From contig CBDCQT010000009.1 in assembly GCA_965220745.1 (NCBI GenBank), positions 1-30,529 of the forward strand: a stretch of 30,529 bases of DNA. Reading direction: 5' to 3'. The position numbers and the translations under genes were made by a program. This document shows positions 1-8,817 of this stretch, one piece after another. Every line of letters starts with the position of its first letter. Within the stretch, counting starts at the first letter, position 1. The DNA comes from Alphaproteobacteria bacterium (GTDB lineage: Bacteria > Pseudomonadota > Alphaproteobacteria > UBA828). Under the pieces are notes generated by a model. That model did no database searches. It saw only the letters and a program-made list of their open reading frames with translations, and was not told the DNA's origin.

Positions 1-12
1 CCCGGTCGTACC
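1..12 (+). repeat. Terminal direct repeat CCCGGTCGTACC, left copy
   Basis: Identical to the last 12 nt of the window (30518..30529). Confidence 0.95.
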
Positions 13-878
13 ACAGGCAACCGGCTGTGGGGGAGATCGTGGTCTCCTTCACCAGAGGGGCAGGGTGCGAGGCCTGGCATTGGGGATGCGCGACATCGAG
101 CACAAGCAGTTCGGGAGAGATCACCGCAGGCGAGGTATGGATCGACTCCACCCGACCGGACGGGCGCAACGAACGGCTGGGCATTCTGATCCACGAGATC
201 ATGCACATCCTGGGCCGGGGCCATCCCGATCCTTACGCCTTCCCCGACACGATCATGGTGGCGACGGGAACGGAGAACAGCGGATTTATCCTGAGCCAGC
301 TTGACCGGGAGGCCTTGCTCGCCGTGTACGACAGGCTCGATCCCGGAACCCGCGAACAGGATGTCTATCTTGCACTGGGTGATTGGGAGGATACGTCCGT
401 TGTGGTCGGCGGGGTTTCGGATATCCCCGGCGGGACGGTTGCATTCGGCGCGGCGGAGATGAACGGCCACGTTCAGGCCTGGTCCTCCGGTCCGACCCCG
501 TGGGAGTGGCTGGAGCACAACGAGACGCTCCTGGGCAGTGCACGATGGTCGGGCCGCCTGGTTGGCTTGACGCCGCGGGCCGAGACTGTCGCGGGCGCTG
601 CCGACCTCTCCATTCGTCTGGCGACCCTTGACGGCCGGCTCGACTTCACGGGTCTGGAATTGTGGGCTCCCAATGCGGCACCCGGCGCGGTCGGCACGGG
701 GTCACGCTGGGGTGACGGCGCCCTGCGCTACGGAATCGAGGTCGGGGGCAATCGGTTCTGGGCAACCAGCGGCGATGACGGCATCGTCGACGGCTCCTTC
801 TTCGGTATTGCGCATGAGGGCATGGGCGGCGTGGTCAAGCGCGAGGACCTCACGGCCGCGTTCGGCGGCTCGCGCTGA
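1..878 (+). CDS. 3' part of a surface lipoprotein: metzincin-like Zn-protease domain plus C-terminal TbpB-like beta-barrel (continues 30010..30529)
   Basis: HEIMHILGRGH fits HExxHxxGxxH, with a downstream Met-turn-like DTIM. The C-terminus GSFFG..HEGMGGVV....LTAAFGGSR is typical of TbpB-type barrels. The frame is open from base 3 and in register with the ORF at the window end. Confidence 0.8.
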   Translation, partial: RSYHRQPAVGEIVVSFTRGAGCEAWHWGCATSSTSSSGEITAGEVWIDSTRPDGRNERLGILIHEIMHILGRGHPDPYAFPDTIMVATGTENSGFILSQLDREALLAVYDRLDPGTREQDVYLALGDWEDTSVVVGGVSDIPGGTVAFGAAEMNGHVQAWSSGPTPWEWLEHNETLLGSARWSGRLVGLTPRAETVAGAADLSIRLATLDGRLDFTGLELWAPNAAPGAVGTGSRWGDGALRYGIEVGGNRFWATSGDDGIVDGSFFGIAHEGMGGVVKREDLTAAFGGSR

Positions 879-1053
879 GTCTGCGCGGTTGAGACAGGAG
901 ACTTGGCAAGCGTCCCATGCATGGCTTCCTCGCAGCCCCGCTCCTCATATTCGCGCTTCCCGCCTCCGCGCTCGCGGCCATGCACGACCGGACGCAGGAA
1001 AAGCGTCAGCCTCTCTTTCCTTCCAATCGGGTTTCAACCGAGGATGTACCGTA

Positions 1054-2451
1054 ATGCACCGCCGCTCGCTCTGCCGTGTTTTCGCCATTGCCGCCTGCGC
1101 TCTGATTGCCGTTCCGGCCTGGGGCGCAGACAAAGAGGCCGATGCCCCGTCGCCGTCTGCCCCGGTGGAAGACGCCGCCGGCACTGGCGACGCGCAGGCT
1201 CTGCTTGACGCTGGCCGCTTCGAGGAGGCGATCGTCGCACTGCGGCCGCTGCTCGGGCAGGAGCCAGTCGACGGCAACGTGCTGTTCCTCTACGGCCTGG
1301 CATCGCTGGAGGCATCTCAGCGGCCCAGCCGCACGGACGATGAACGTGAGATCCTGCTGAACGAGGCCATTGCCGCCTTCCACGCCATGCTGGTGGAAGC
1401 GCCGGGGCTGGTGCGGGTGCGTCTGGAGCTGGCGCGGGCGTTCTATCTCAAGGGCGAGGACGACCTGGCCCGGCGGCACTTCGAGGCCGTGCTGGCCGGT
1501 GGCGTGCCCGACGAAGTGGCCGCCAACGTCAACGTCTTCCTCAACGAGATCAGGTCGCGCGGACGCTGGAGCTTCAACGTCGGCTTCGCGCTGGCGCCGG
1601 ACTCCAACATCGGCGCGGGCTCGGAGGAGCGGACCATCTACATCCCCGTCTTCGGCCAGCCCCTGCCCTTCCAGCGGGACGCGGCGCAGTTGACGACATC
1701 GGGTATCGGGGTCTCGGTCTGGAGCGGGGCGGAGTACCAGGTGCCGCTGGCGGAGCGCTGGCGCCTGCGCGCGGGCGGGCAGGCGTCGCGGCGGGAGTAC
1801 GAGGGCTCGCAGTTCGATCAGCTCTACCTCGGCACCCATCTCGGGCCGCGCTGGCTGGTGGACGGGAACACGGAAGCGAGCCTGCTGGCGAGCGCGCGGC
1901 AGCGCTGGACCGGCACCGTGCCGGACAACCGCGAGTTCGGCGCTCGCCTGGAAGTGGCGCGCCGGCTGACCCCACGAGTGACGGCATTCGCAAACGCCTC
2001 CTGGCACGACCGGCAGTACCGGGCGCGGAGCCATCTGGACGGCCCGGTGTGGGACACATCGCTCAGGGGCTCCTGGGTGGTGACGCCGACGGTGCGGGCG
2101 GACCTCTCGGCGGGCTACGGGCGGGAGCGGCCGGAGAGCCTGCGCGAGCGCAGCCGCAGCCGCTGGCTGGGTGCGGGGGTCACTGTGATCCTGCCGGCGG
2201 GCTTCACTGTGGGCGGCGGCGGCGAGGTGCGCTGGGCCGACTTCGAGGACGAGTGGTTCCCGCACACGCCGACCGGCGAGGACCGGGCGGACCGCACCCG
2301 GAGCGTGCACCTCTCCATCCACAACCGGGCCTTCACGCTGATGGGCTTCAGCCCGGAGCTTGTGGCGGTGCACGAAGAGCGCGACACCAACGCCCAGCTC
2401 TACGACTACGAGCGCACGTCGGGCGAGTTGCGCTTCGTGCGACAGTTCTAG
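1054..2451 (+). CDS. Surface lipoprotein assembly modifier (Slam / DUF560, type XI secretion translocon)
   Basis: Signal peptide (..IAVPAWG/A), TPR region (VRVRLELARAFYLKGEDDLARRHFEAVL), PDSNI motif at the barrel start, alternating beta-strands and terminal Phe (..RFVRQF). ATG at 1054 follows GAGG. Confidence 0.88.
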   Translation: MHRRSLCRVFAIAACALIAVPAWGADKEADAPSPSAPVEDAAGTGDAQALLDAGRFEEAIVALRPLLGQEPVDGNVLFLYGLASLEASQRPSRTDDEREILLNEAIAAFHAMLVEAPGLVRVRLELARAFYLKGEDDLARRHFEAVLAGGVPDEVAANVNVFLNEIRSRGRWSFNVGFALAPDSNIGAGSEERTIYIPVFGQPLPFQRDAAQLTTSGIGVSVWSGAEYQVPLAERWRLRAGGQASRREYEGSQFDQLYLGTHLGPRWLVDGNTEASLLASARQRWTGTVPDNREFGARLEVARRLTPRVTAFANASWHDRQYRARSHLDGPVWDTSLRGSWVVTPTVRADLSAGYGRERPESLRERSRSRWLGAGVTVILPAGFTVGGGGEVRWADFEDEWFPHTPTGEDRADRTRSVHLSIHNRAFTLMGFSPELVAVHEERDTNAQLYDYERTSGELRFVRQF

Positions 2452-2595
2452 CTCACGGATATCGCCGTGCGGCTCCCCGCGGCAGTTGACTCAACAGAGC
2501 AACAATGGGTTCAACACCCGCGGCCCGTAGCACGAATCCTATGTGGCGCAGATTGGACATTTCCACAGAAATGCCTCCCTTACAGACACTTGCGC

Positions 2596-2673
2596 CCGTC
2601 GTCACCCGAAACAGGGACACTTTCCCATCAAACTCCTGCGTAGCATTGAGGGCTCTGGCGTAGCCCGGCGTAC
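2596..2673 (+). other. Putative integrase arm/att-like site C
   Basis: CCGTCGTCAC ... CATCAAACTCCTGCGTA (2626..2642, identical to 27563..27579). CGTAG/CGTAC at 2639, 2659 and 2669, in 10-bp phase. Confidence 0.5.
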
Positions 2674-3867
2674 TCCTGACCCCTCAAGTAGCTCTGCACC
2701 TTGGGGTGCGTCAGGTGTGAGAGCTCAAAACGCCTCAAGGCGTAGGAAAGGGACTACAGAATGCGAGAAAATCGTTCAGGGCCAGCCCTTTAGGTGGCAC
2801 CATAAGGGCACCATAGCCAAATTCGAGGAGCTATGGATGTTGCACCACAAGACGGACACAGTGACGACACAAGATCGCGGAATGTCACGCGGATACAGTG
2901 GCTTGATCCAGCGACATTCAAGCGAATGTCGTGCGCAGGTCAATGTGATGCACCGGAATTGGCCATGTCACGACATGACGCGCAGGGTGGTCGAGCTGTG
3001 CCGGCTATCTCGGCCGAAGAGGCCGGCGACGATGGCGACTTCGGGAGGCGCTGCAGAGAGAGATTGTCATGTGTCGAGCCTGTGTCCCGAACAGAGTGGG
3101 CCGGATTTCGAGCACGAGGCGGGTCTCGGTGTCCGGGCATCGGCGCAGTTGACCAATCGCATTGCGGGCCGGCACTGACGAGGGGTTGGAACACACTGAG
3201 CACACATGGCGGAACAGAGATGCCGTCATGACTGATCGGCAAGCTGTCGGGATGATCGTCAGAGCTGCGGACGGCAAGCGCGGGGCTCGCGATCATGGTC
3301 AGCACGTCTGACGGATCACTTCCGTCGGCGGTCGTGCCGAGGGGAGCGACGGATCACGGATTCGAAACGGCGGTATCGATGACCGCGATGGCTGCACGCC
3401 GCTCGTCGGCATTGTCGACGGCGCGGGTACGAGCTTCGCACAGAGGCGGTCGCACTCGTGCTCGGACTGGTGCGGCGCCTGATAATAGTCACAATGTCTG
3501 TACGGGAATTCATGGGCGCCGCTCATGGTCGGCACGGGCTGTGCGCGGCGAGCTCACGGGTAGAACCGCAAGTGCGCCGGGTAGAAGCCCGCTCGCCTTC
3601 GTCGAGCGCGCGCAGGCGGCGAACGCCGCCGACGCGCGCGATGACGGTGGCGATGTCGATCACGATGGCGAAGTCGGGGCGGCTCGCGCCGAGGGCCATA
3701 CGGATTTCGCTGCGGCGGTGTCCGGCGATGGCGCTCACGCGCCGAGCCGGACGCGCGGCGGAGGTTCAGAGCAGGAAGGGTAGCCGGCGCAGAGTGCGCG
3801 AGCGCCGCCAGCGCGAAGCGCGGCGGCGAGGGACACCGCTCGTGACGCCCGTGGTGAAACACGAAGA

Positions 3868-3901
3868 AAGCGGCCGATCCCGCATCGGGGATCGGCCGCT
3901 T
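3868..3901 (-). terminator. Hairpin / probable intrinsic terminator after DUF2493
   Basis: 14-bp perfect stem AAGCGGCCGATCCC/GGGATCGGCCGCTT, T-rich tail on the minus strand, 18 nt after the stop. Confidence 0.7.
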
Positions 3902-3919
3902 CGTCGAGGCGCGCGCCGC

Positions 3920-4834
3920 TCACGCGGCCTTGATCTCGAGGACGGGTATGCCGAGCGTCTTCGCCTTGTCGACGAGGTTGCCGGTGATGCCGCTGCCGGG
4001 GAAGGCGATGACGCCCTTGGGCAGGAAGTTCAGCAGCTCGTCGTTGCGGCGGAAGGGCGCGGCCTTGCCGTGCGCGCTCCAGTCGGGGCGGCAGACGACC
4101 TGGTTGACGCCTCTGGCCTCGGCCCAGCTCGCGGCGATCTTCTCGACGCCGGGACCGCCACCGTGGAGCAGGACCATGTCGCCGTACTTCGCACGCGCCA
4201 TGTCGAGCGTGCTCCAGACCGCGTCGGCATCGGCGACGGTCTTGCCGCCGGTGATCGCGACCAGGGTGCCCTCGGGCAGGTGCGCCCTCGTCTCACGGTC
4301 CTTGCGTGCGCGCCTGAAGTCGCGTGCGTCGATGGCAGCGGAGGTCAGCGTGCCGGTCTGACTCGCGTGCGATCCGTGCCTTGGGCGCCATGTGTCGCCG
4401 GTCTCGACGCGGTAGGCGTCAGCGGCGAGGTCGCGCATCTTCTCGAAGGCGTCGCGCCGGTCGCCGAGGTTGCGCGCCCGGTCGGTCAGCGTCTCGAGCT
4501 CGTGCGCCTTCACCTCCGATCCGTCCTGCGCCTTCTCGAGGTCGCGCATCTCGGGCGCGATGCGGTCGACGGCGCGGTCGAGGCGGGTGACCTGGGAGTG
4601 CAGCATGTTGGTCAGGCCCCACATCAGGGGCTCGCGCTCGTCGGCCATCTGCGTGCCGTCTACGGTGATGCCGCCGACGATGACGCGGATGGCTTCGTTG
4701 AGCGCATCGATGGCGTCGTCCTCGTCCCAGACGACCCTGCTGTCGAGCTCGCCGCGCTCGGGCGCTGCGCCGTAGAGGGCCATGCTCTCGCAGACCGTGG
4801 CAGTGGAAGAAGCTGATGCGGTGGTGTCGATCAT
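3920..4834 (-). CDS. DUF2493 (YspA-like SLOG) domain protein, ICE/plasmid-associated
   Basis: GTLVAITGG, MVLLHGGGPGVEKIAASWA, PDWSAHGKAAPFRRNDELL and GVIAFPGSGITGNLVDKA motifs. AGGAG precedes the ATG at 4834. Confidence 0.88.
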   Translation of the reverse strand: MIDTTASASSTATVCESMALYGAAPERGELDSRVVWDEDDAIDALNEAIRVIVGGITVDGTQMADEREPLMWGLTNMLHSQVTRLDRAVDRIAPEMRDLEKAQDGSEVKAHELETLTDRARNLGDRRDAFEKMRDLAADAYRVETGDTWRPRHGSHASQTGTLTSAAIDARDFRRARKDRETRAHLPEGTLVAITGGKTVADADAVWSTLDMARAKYGDMVLLHGGGPGVEKIAASWAEARGVNQVVCRPDWSAHGKAAPFRRNDELLNFLPKGVIAFPGSGITGNLVDKAKTLGIPVLEIKAA

Positions 4835-5392
4835 GACGATCTCCTGTTGGTTCAACCTCCGGGACCCTGTGCCCCGTCGTGATGTCCTTTGTGATTCACG
4901 CGCGCGCAGTGGAAGCACCTTCCCCTAGAGCTCCTTGGACCGGTCTTGGTGCGGAAGATGCCCGATGGTGCGGAAGTCGGCGCTCGTTGATCCTGGGAGG
5001 CCCGGCGCGCGGCCTTGGAGACTGGCCGCGTTTCGAGTTGGCCTTCTCAAGAACTGCTAGCGCCGGGCCGACGCGCCGGCCCCGCGCGAGGGGCCGGTGC
5101 GCCTCAGGCGAGGCGTTGGAGAGTTCGGGCGAGCCGACTTCACGGTCGGGCATCTTCACGGCCGGTCTTAGGAGGTCTTGGGGAAGGCCGGAAGGAGCGG
5201 AGCGACTGGAGGACCCGCAGGGTTGCTGCCGCGAGCACGCGTGGCAAAATCCGACATCACGACGGACGGACCCCAGTTTCTGTTTCCTGCGAGAGCGGCG
5301 TGGCACCGTCGAGGCGATGGGAGGCGCGGTGCCGGTCGCGGGCCGGGCAACGGGATGGAGGGCGAGCCGCTGCCGGTGCCGCTCGTTACCGC

Positions 5393-5620
5393 TCACAGCA
5401 TCGGATGGGTGTCGAGGAGGTGGCGGGCGACCTCACGGACGCGATGGCGCTCGTGCACCCTGACGGGGCCACGGGGGTCCTCGCTGAGATGCACCACGTA
5501 GAACACTTCGCCGGGGCTGAGGATGTCGTCCTGGCGATAGACGTCACCGACGTGGTCGCCGTCCTGATAGACTCTGGCCTCGTTCTCGCCCACCCGCCTG
5601 AACCTGATGTCGCTGCTCAT
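5393..5620 (-). CDS. Small hypothetical protein (75 aa)
   Basis: MSSDIRFRRVGENEARVYQDGDHVGDVY... has globular-looking composition, a GGAG RBS and is co-oriented with the backbone genes. Confidence 0.65.
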   Translation of the reverse strand: MSSDIRFRRVGENEARVYQDGDHVGDVYRQDDILSPGEVFYVVHLSEDPRGPVRVHERHRVREVARHLLDTHPML

Positions 5621-5696
5621 GGTGCTCTCCCCGTAGCGTGATGCCGGCGCGGAGAGGACTCTCTCTCCTCTCCATGCGGCTTGCCCCTTGCCCGCT

Positions 5697-6680
5697 TCAC
5701 TCGGGCTCCCGGTCTGCGAGCGCGGCCGCCGTCCAGGCGGCGAGCGCGGCGGGACCGAACGCGAGGAGATCGCTGTTGAAGTCATCGCCCCTGGGCGAGA
5801 TGACGGTGGCGGCGACGCCCGCCCGCGCGCAGCGCCGGGCGAGGCGGAGAGCCGCGCGCTCGCCTTCTTCGTCGTTGTCCCTGGCGATGACGAGGCGGGC
5901 TGTGCCGGCAGGCGGCGCGAATGCGCCGAGGCTGCCGGCGGACAGCGCGGCGGCGGCGGTGATGTCGGGTGAGGCGGTCACCAGGGAGAGCACGGTCTCG
6001 ATGCCCTCGCCGACGAGGAGCGAAGCTCCGTCGGCGGGGCGGCCGAAGCGGACGGCATGTCCGAAGATTCGTCCGAGGGCCTTGCGCGGCGATGAGAGAT
6101 TTGCCTTCGCGGGATGCCGAGGGTCCAACCATGTGCGATGGACGCCGGTGATGATGTTGCCGTCGTGAGCGGTGACGGCGGCGACCAACGCGGGCAGGCG
6201 GCGCACGCCGCCGCCGTCCCTGTAAAGCAATGCTGGGTGGTAGCGCAGCGCGGCGAAGCGGCAGCGCGCGAGACCCCTGGCGTGGAGGTAGGCCTCGGCA
6301 TGGGTGCCGTCGATGGCGCGGCAGCGGCGCCAGAGGCGCCGTGCCGCCTCGGTGGCGTCGTAGGCGTCGCCCGAGCCCGGAGCCGGCGCAGCCGGCCGGG
6401 CGAGGAAGGCGCGCGCTTCGTCGAGCGCCGCGCGAAGCGTCGGCGCGTTGATGCGGTGGCGGATGATGTCGAGAAGATCGCCATGCTCGGCCGTGGCCGC
6501 ATCGCTGAATTTTCCGGGCGCACCGGGGGGAGCGAGGCGGACGTAGAGGGATCGCCCGCGCCCGCCGTCGAGGTCGCCCGCGACCCAGTACCGGCCCCGG
6601 CGGCGCCCGTAGGGCAGGTATCGGCGACAGACCTCCTCGGCGCGCTCGGCCAGCGCGGCGGCGACGGCGGCCGCGTTCAT
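5697..6680 (-). CDS. Toprim-domain primase-like protein (ICE/plasmid type)
   Basis: N-terminal GRYWVAGDLDGGRGRSLYVRL..GDLLDII, then GVHRTWL, toprim VGEGIETVLS, IARDNDEEG and GDDFNSDL. Confidence 0.88.
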   Translation of the reverse strand: MNAAAVAAALAERAEEVCRRYLPYGRRRGRYWVAGDLDGGRGRSLYVRLAPPGAPGKFSDAATAEHGDLLDIIRHRINAPTLRAALDEARAFLARPAAPAPGSGDAYDATEAARRLWRRCRAIDGTHAEAYLHARGLARCRFAALRYHPALLYRDGGGVRRLPALVAAVTAHDGNIITGVHRTWLDPRHPAKANLSSPRKALGRIFGHAVRFGRPADGASLLVGEGIETVLSLVTASPDITAAAALSAGSLGAFAPPAGTARLVIARDNDEEGERAALRLARRCARAGVAATVISPRGDDFNSDLLAFGPAALAAWTAAALADREPE

Positions 6681-6884
6681 GGCGCACACTTCTGGATCAG
6701 GCGGGAACCGGCGAAGCCGGGACCGTCGACGGTCATGGAGAGCATGAGAGACCTCGCTGGATGCAGCATGGGACGCGCCCCGGTCCCGGCATCGCTCGAC
6801 CTCCTGTCGGTGCCGGGACGGCGGGCGGCGCGCGAAGCGCGAGCCCCGCCGTCCGGCCCGTGAGGGACTCGGACCGGGCTGCAT

Positions 6885-6928
6885 AAAAAATGGCCGGACC
6901 CGCGCGGGAGGGACGCGGGTCCGGCCAT
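6885..6928 (-). terminator. Intrinsic terminator after ssb
   Basis: 15-bp perfect stem ATGGCCGGACCCGCG/CGCGGGTCCGGCCAT followed by a T run on the minus strand. Confidence 0.8.
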
Positions 6929-6968
6929 GGGGCGGGCGGGCCGAGGGAGCCCGCCGCGGGGTCTTGGC

Positions 6969-7421
6969 TCAGAAGGGCAGGGGCGAGCCGTCTGCCGTCT
7001 CGGCGGCGCCGGTTGCGGCCTCCGCCGCCTCGCCGTTCGTCGGCTGGGCGCCGTTGCCGTTGGCCCCGGCAGGCTTGTCCAAAAACTGGACGCGCGAACC
7101 AGGCACCAACAGGATCTCGGTGGAGAACCGGTCGCTGTCCTCGCCGTCCTTGCGCCACTTCCTGGTCTGCATCTTGCCCGCGACGTAGACGAGCCGGCCC
7201 TTCTTCGCGTGCTTCTCCAGCATGTCGATCAGCCCGCTCTGGAAGCTGACGACCCTGTGCCACTCTGTCTTGTCGATCCGTGTCCCCGAATTTTTCTCCA
7301 GGTAGCTTTCGTCGGTCGCCACGCTCATATTGGCGACGCGCCCGCCGGAGGCGAGGTTGCTGATGGTGACGTCGGCGCCCAGGCGCCCAATGACTTCCGC
7401 CCTGTTCAATCCGAAGCTCAT
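6969..7421 (-). CDS. ssb: Single-stranded DNA-binding protein
   Basis: LNRAEVIGRLGAD, TEWHRVV, KGRLVYVAGKMQTRKW and a C-terminal tail ending LPF. Confidence 0.95.
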   Translation of the reverse strand: MSFGLNRAEVIGRLGADVTISNLASGGRVANMSVATDESYLEKNSGTRIDKTEWHRVVSFQSGLIDMLEKHAKKGRLVYVAGKMQTRKWRKDGEDSDRFSTEILLVPGSRVQFLDKPAGANGNGAQPTNGEAAEAATGAAETADGSPLPF

Positions 7422-7668
7422 GATCGTCTCCTAAGGTTCCTGGTTGATGACGAAGGTTGGCGAACGGATCGATCACTCTCGTGACCTCCTCCGTTCACCC
7501 TCCTTCAAGCTCTCCTTCCCTCTTGCCTGCGGCCTGGTCCGGTGGTGGCCGGCTTCCCGAGGGCCCCGCGAACCGCACCGCCTGTGGCCGCCGGTGCGCC
7601 GAAGCCGATCCTGCATCGGGAAGTTGCCGAACGACCTGGCCCACGGCCCGTCTGCGGCAAGGCCGCGT

Positions 7669-8478
7669 TCACGGCGGCAGGAGGGCCATCAGCGGCACGT
7701 TGGAGAGGAATTCCACCTGGTCGGGCCGCAGCTTGGCGAAGGCGATGCAGGCGGCGGCTTCGGATTCGGTCTCGAAGGTCCCCAGCTCCTGCGAGGTCTG
7801 CACCTCGATCACGGTGATCTGCGGCGGCCAGAGCGCCGCCAGGTGACGCTCTGGCGCGCGGGAGTTGGACCGATATGCGCAGCGCTCACAGCGGGCTGCG
7901 CCACCGGTGCGGACTCCACAATCCACACACGCGCCCTGCGCGCGCCTCGCGACATAGCGTCTCTTCCCGGCGGCGCTCTTTTTCTCGGCAGAGACGCGCT
8001 CCTTCTCCAGCGCGAGGCACCGGCCGCAGCGCGACAGGCCGCCGACCGTGGGCTGCGTGCAGCGCACGCAACGGCCGGTGGCCTTTCGCGCGTCATAGCG
8101 CCGGCGGTCGCGTGCGCGCCTTGCCTCGCGGCACGGCTCGCAGACGGAACGGTCGTCCTCCGGCCGGCGGCGGCCGCATGACGTGCATAGTCCCGCCTCC
8201 TGCCGCGCCCTCCGCCGCCGCCTGTCGCCGGCGCGGTCGGCTCTGCGGCACAGTTCCGGATCGCGGCCACCGTATGGCACCCCCTGCTGCCGGGCCCTGT
8301 CGCGGCGGACCTTCTCGGCGGCGCGGCGCTTCTCGGCACAGCCAGCACATACCTTGAGGCCGGGCTCGGGAGGAACGCGGCCGCATCGGGTGCAACGGCC
8401 GCTCGCGGCGCGCGCGGCGTGGCGCTGGCGGAGGCGGCGATCCCGCGCCTGCTTATTCACCGGGTCCTTGAGCGGCAT
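7669..8478 (-). CDS. Arg-rich protein with four tandem CxxC...CxxC (zinc-ribbon-like) repeats
   Basis: CTRC..CAGC, CTSC..CEPC, CVRC..CGRC and CVDC..CERC separated by basic helices. Confidence 0.75.
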   Translation of the reverse strand: MPLKDPVNKQARDRRLRQRHAARAASGRCTRCGRVPPEPGLKVCAGCAEKRRAAEKVRRDRARQQGVPYGGRDPELCRRADRAGDRRRRRARQEAGLCTSCGRRRPEDDRSVCEPCREARRARDRRRYDARKATGRCVRCTQPTVGGLSRCGRCLALEKERVSAEKKSAAGKRRYVARRAQGACVDCGVRTGGAARCERCAYRSNSRAPERHLAALWPPQITVIEVQTSQELGTFETESEAAACIAFAKLRPDQVEFLSNVPLMALLPP

Positions 8479-8493
8479 GGCCGGCCACCCCGG

Positions 8494-8817
8494 TCAGCGC
8501 GCATAGCGCGCGGCGAACAGAGAGGTCGCGCGCCAGCCCCAGATTTGCATGCCGGAGTCCTTCAGCGTGACCCCCGTGCAGACGATGATCTGGTCGCGTT
8601 CGGGCCGCAGCTTCTTCACGGTGGCCACGCTCGCGATCGTGCGCCGTTGCTTGCGGCGGCCCTTCGTCCTGGACTGCTCAGGCTCAATCGGTTCGATCTG
8701 GCCGTCGGGACGCGAGCGGTATTTCTCGACCACATAGCGCTTGTCCTCGAGGCCTTGCCCGAACAGGTGGATCAAAAACGTCTGCGCGTCGCGATGGAAC
8801 ATCCGGCCGGTCCGCAT
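8494..8817 (-). CDS. Hypothetical protein (107 aa)
   Basis: MRTGRMFHRDAQTFLIHLFGQG...; GGAG RBS; stop lies 15 nt before the next co-oriented gene. Confidence 0.6.
   Translation of the reverse strand: MRTGRMFHRDAQTFLIHLFGQGLEDKRYVVEKYRSRPDGQIEPIEPEQSRTKGRRKQRRTIASVATVKKLRPERDQIIVCTGVTLKDSGMQIWGWRATSLFAARYAR

Noticed and set aside
628-1053. N-terminal extension of the Slam ORF
   Set aside because: Overlaps the upstream gene; the signal peptide and RBS point to the ATG at 1054.
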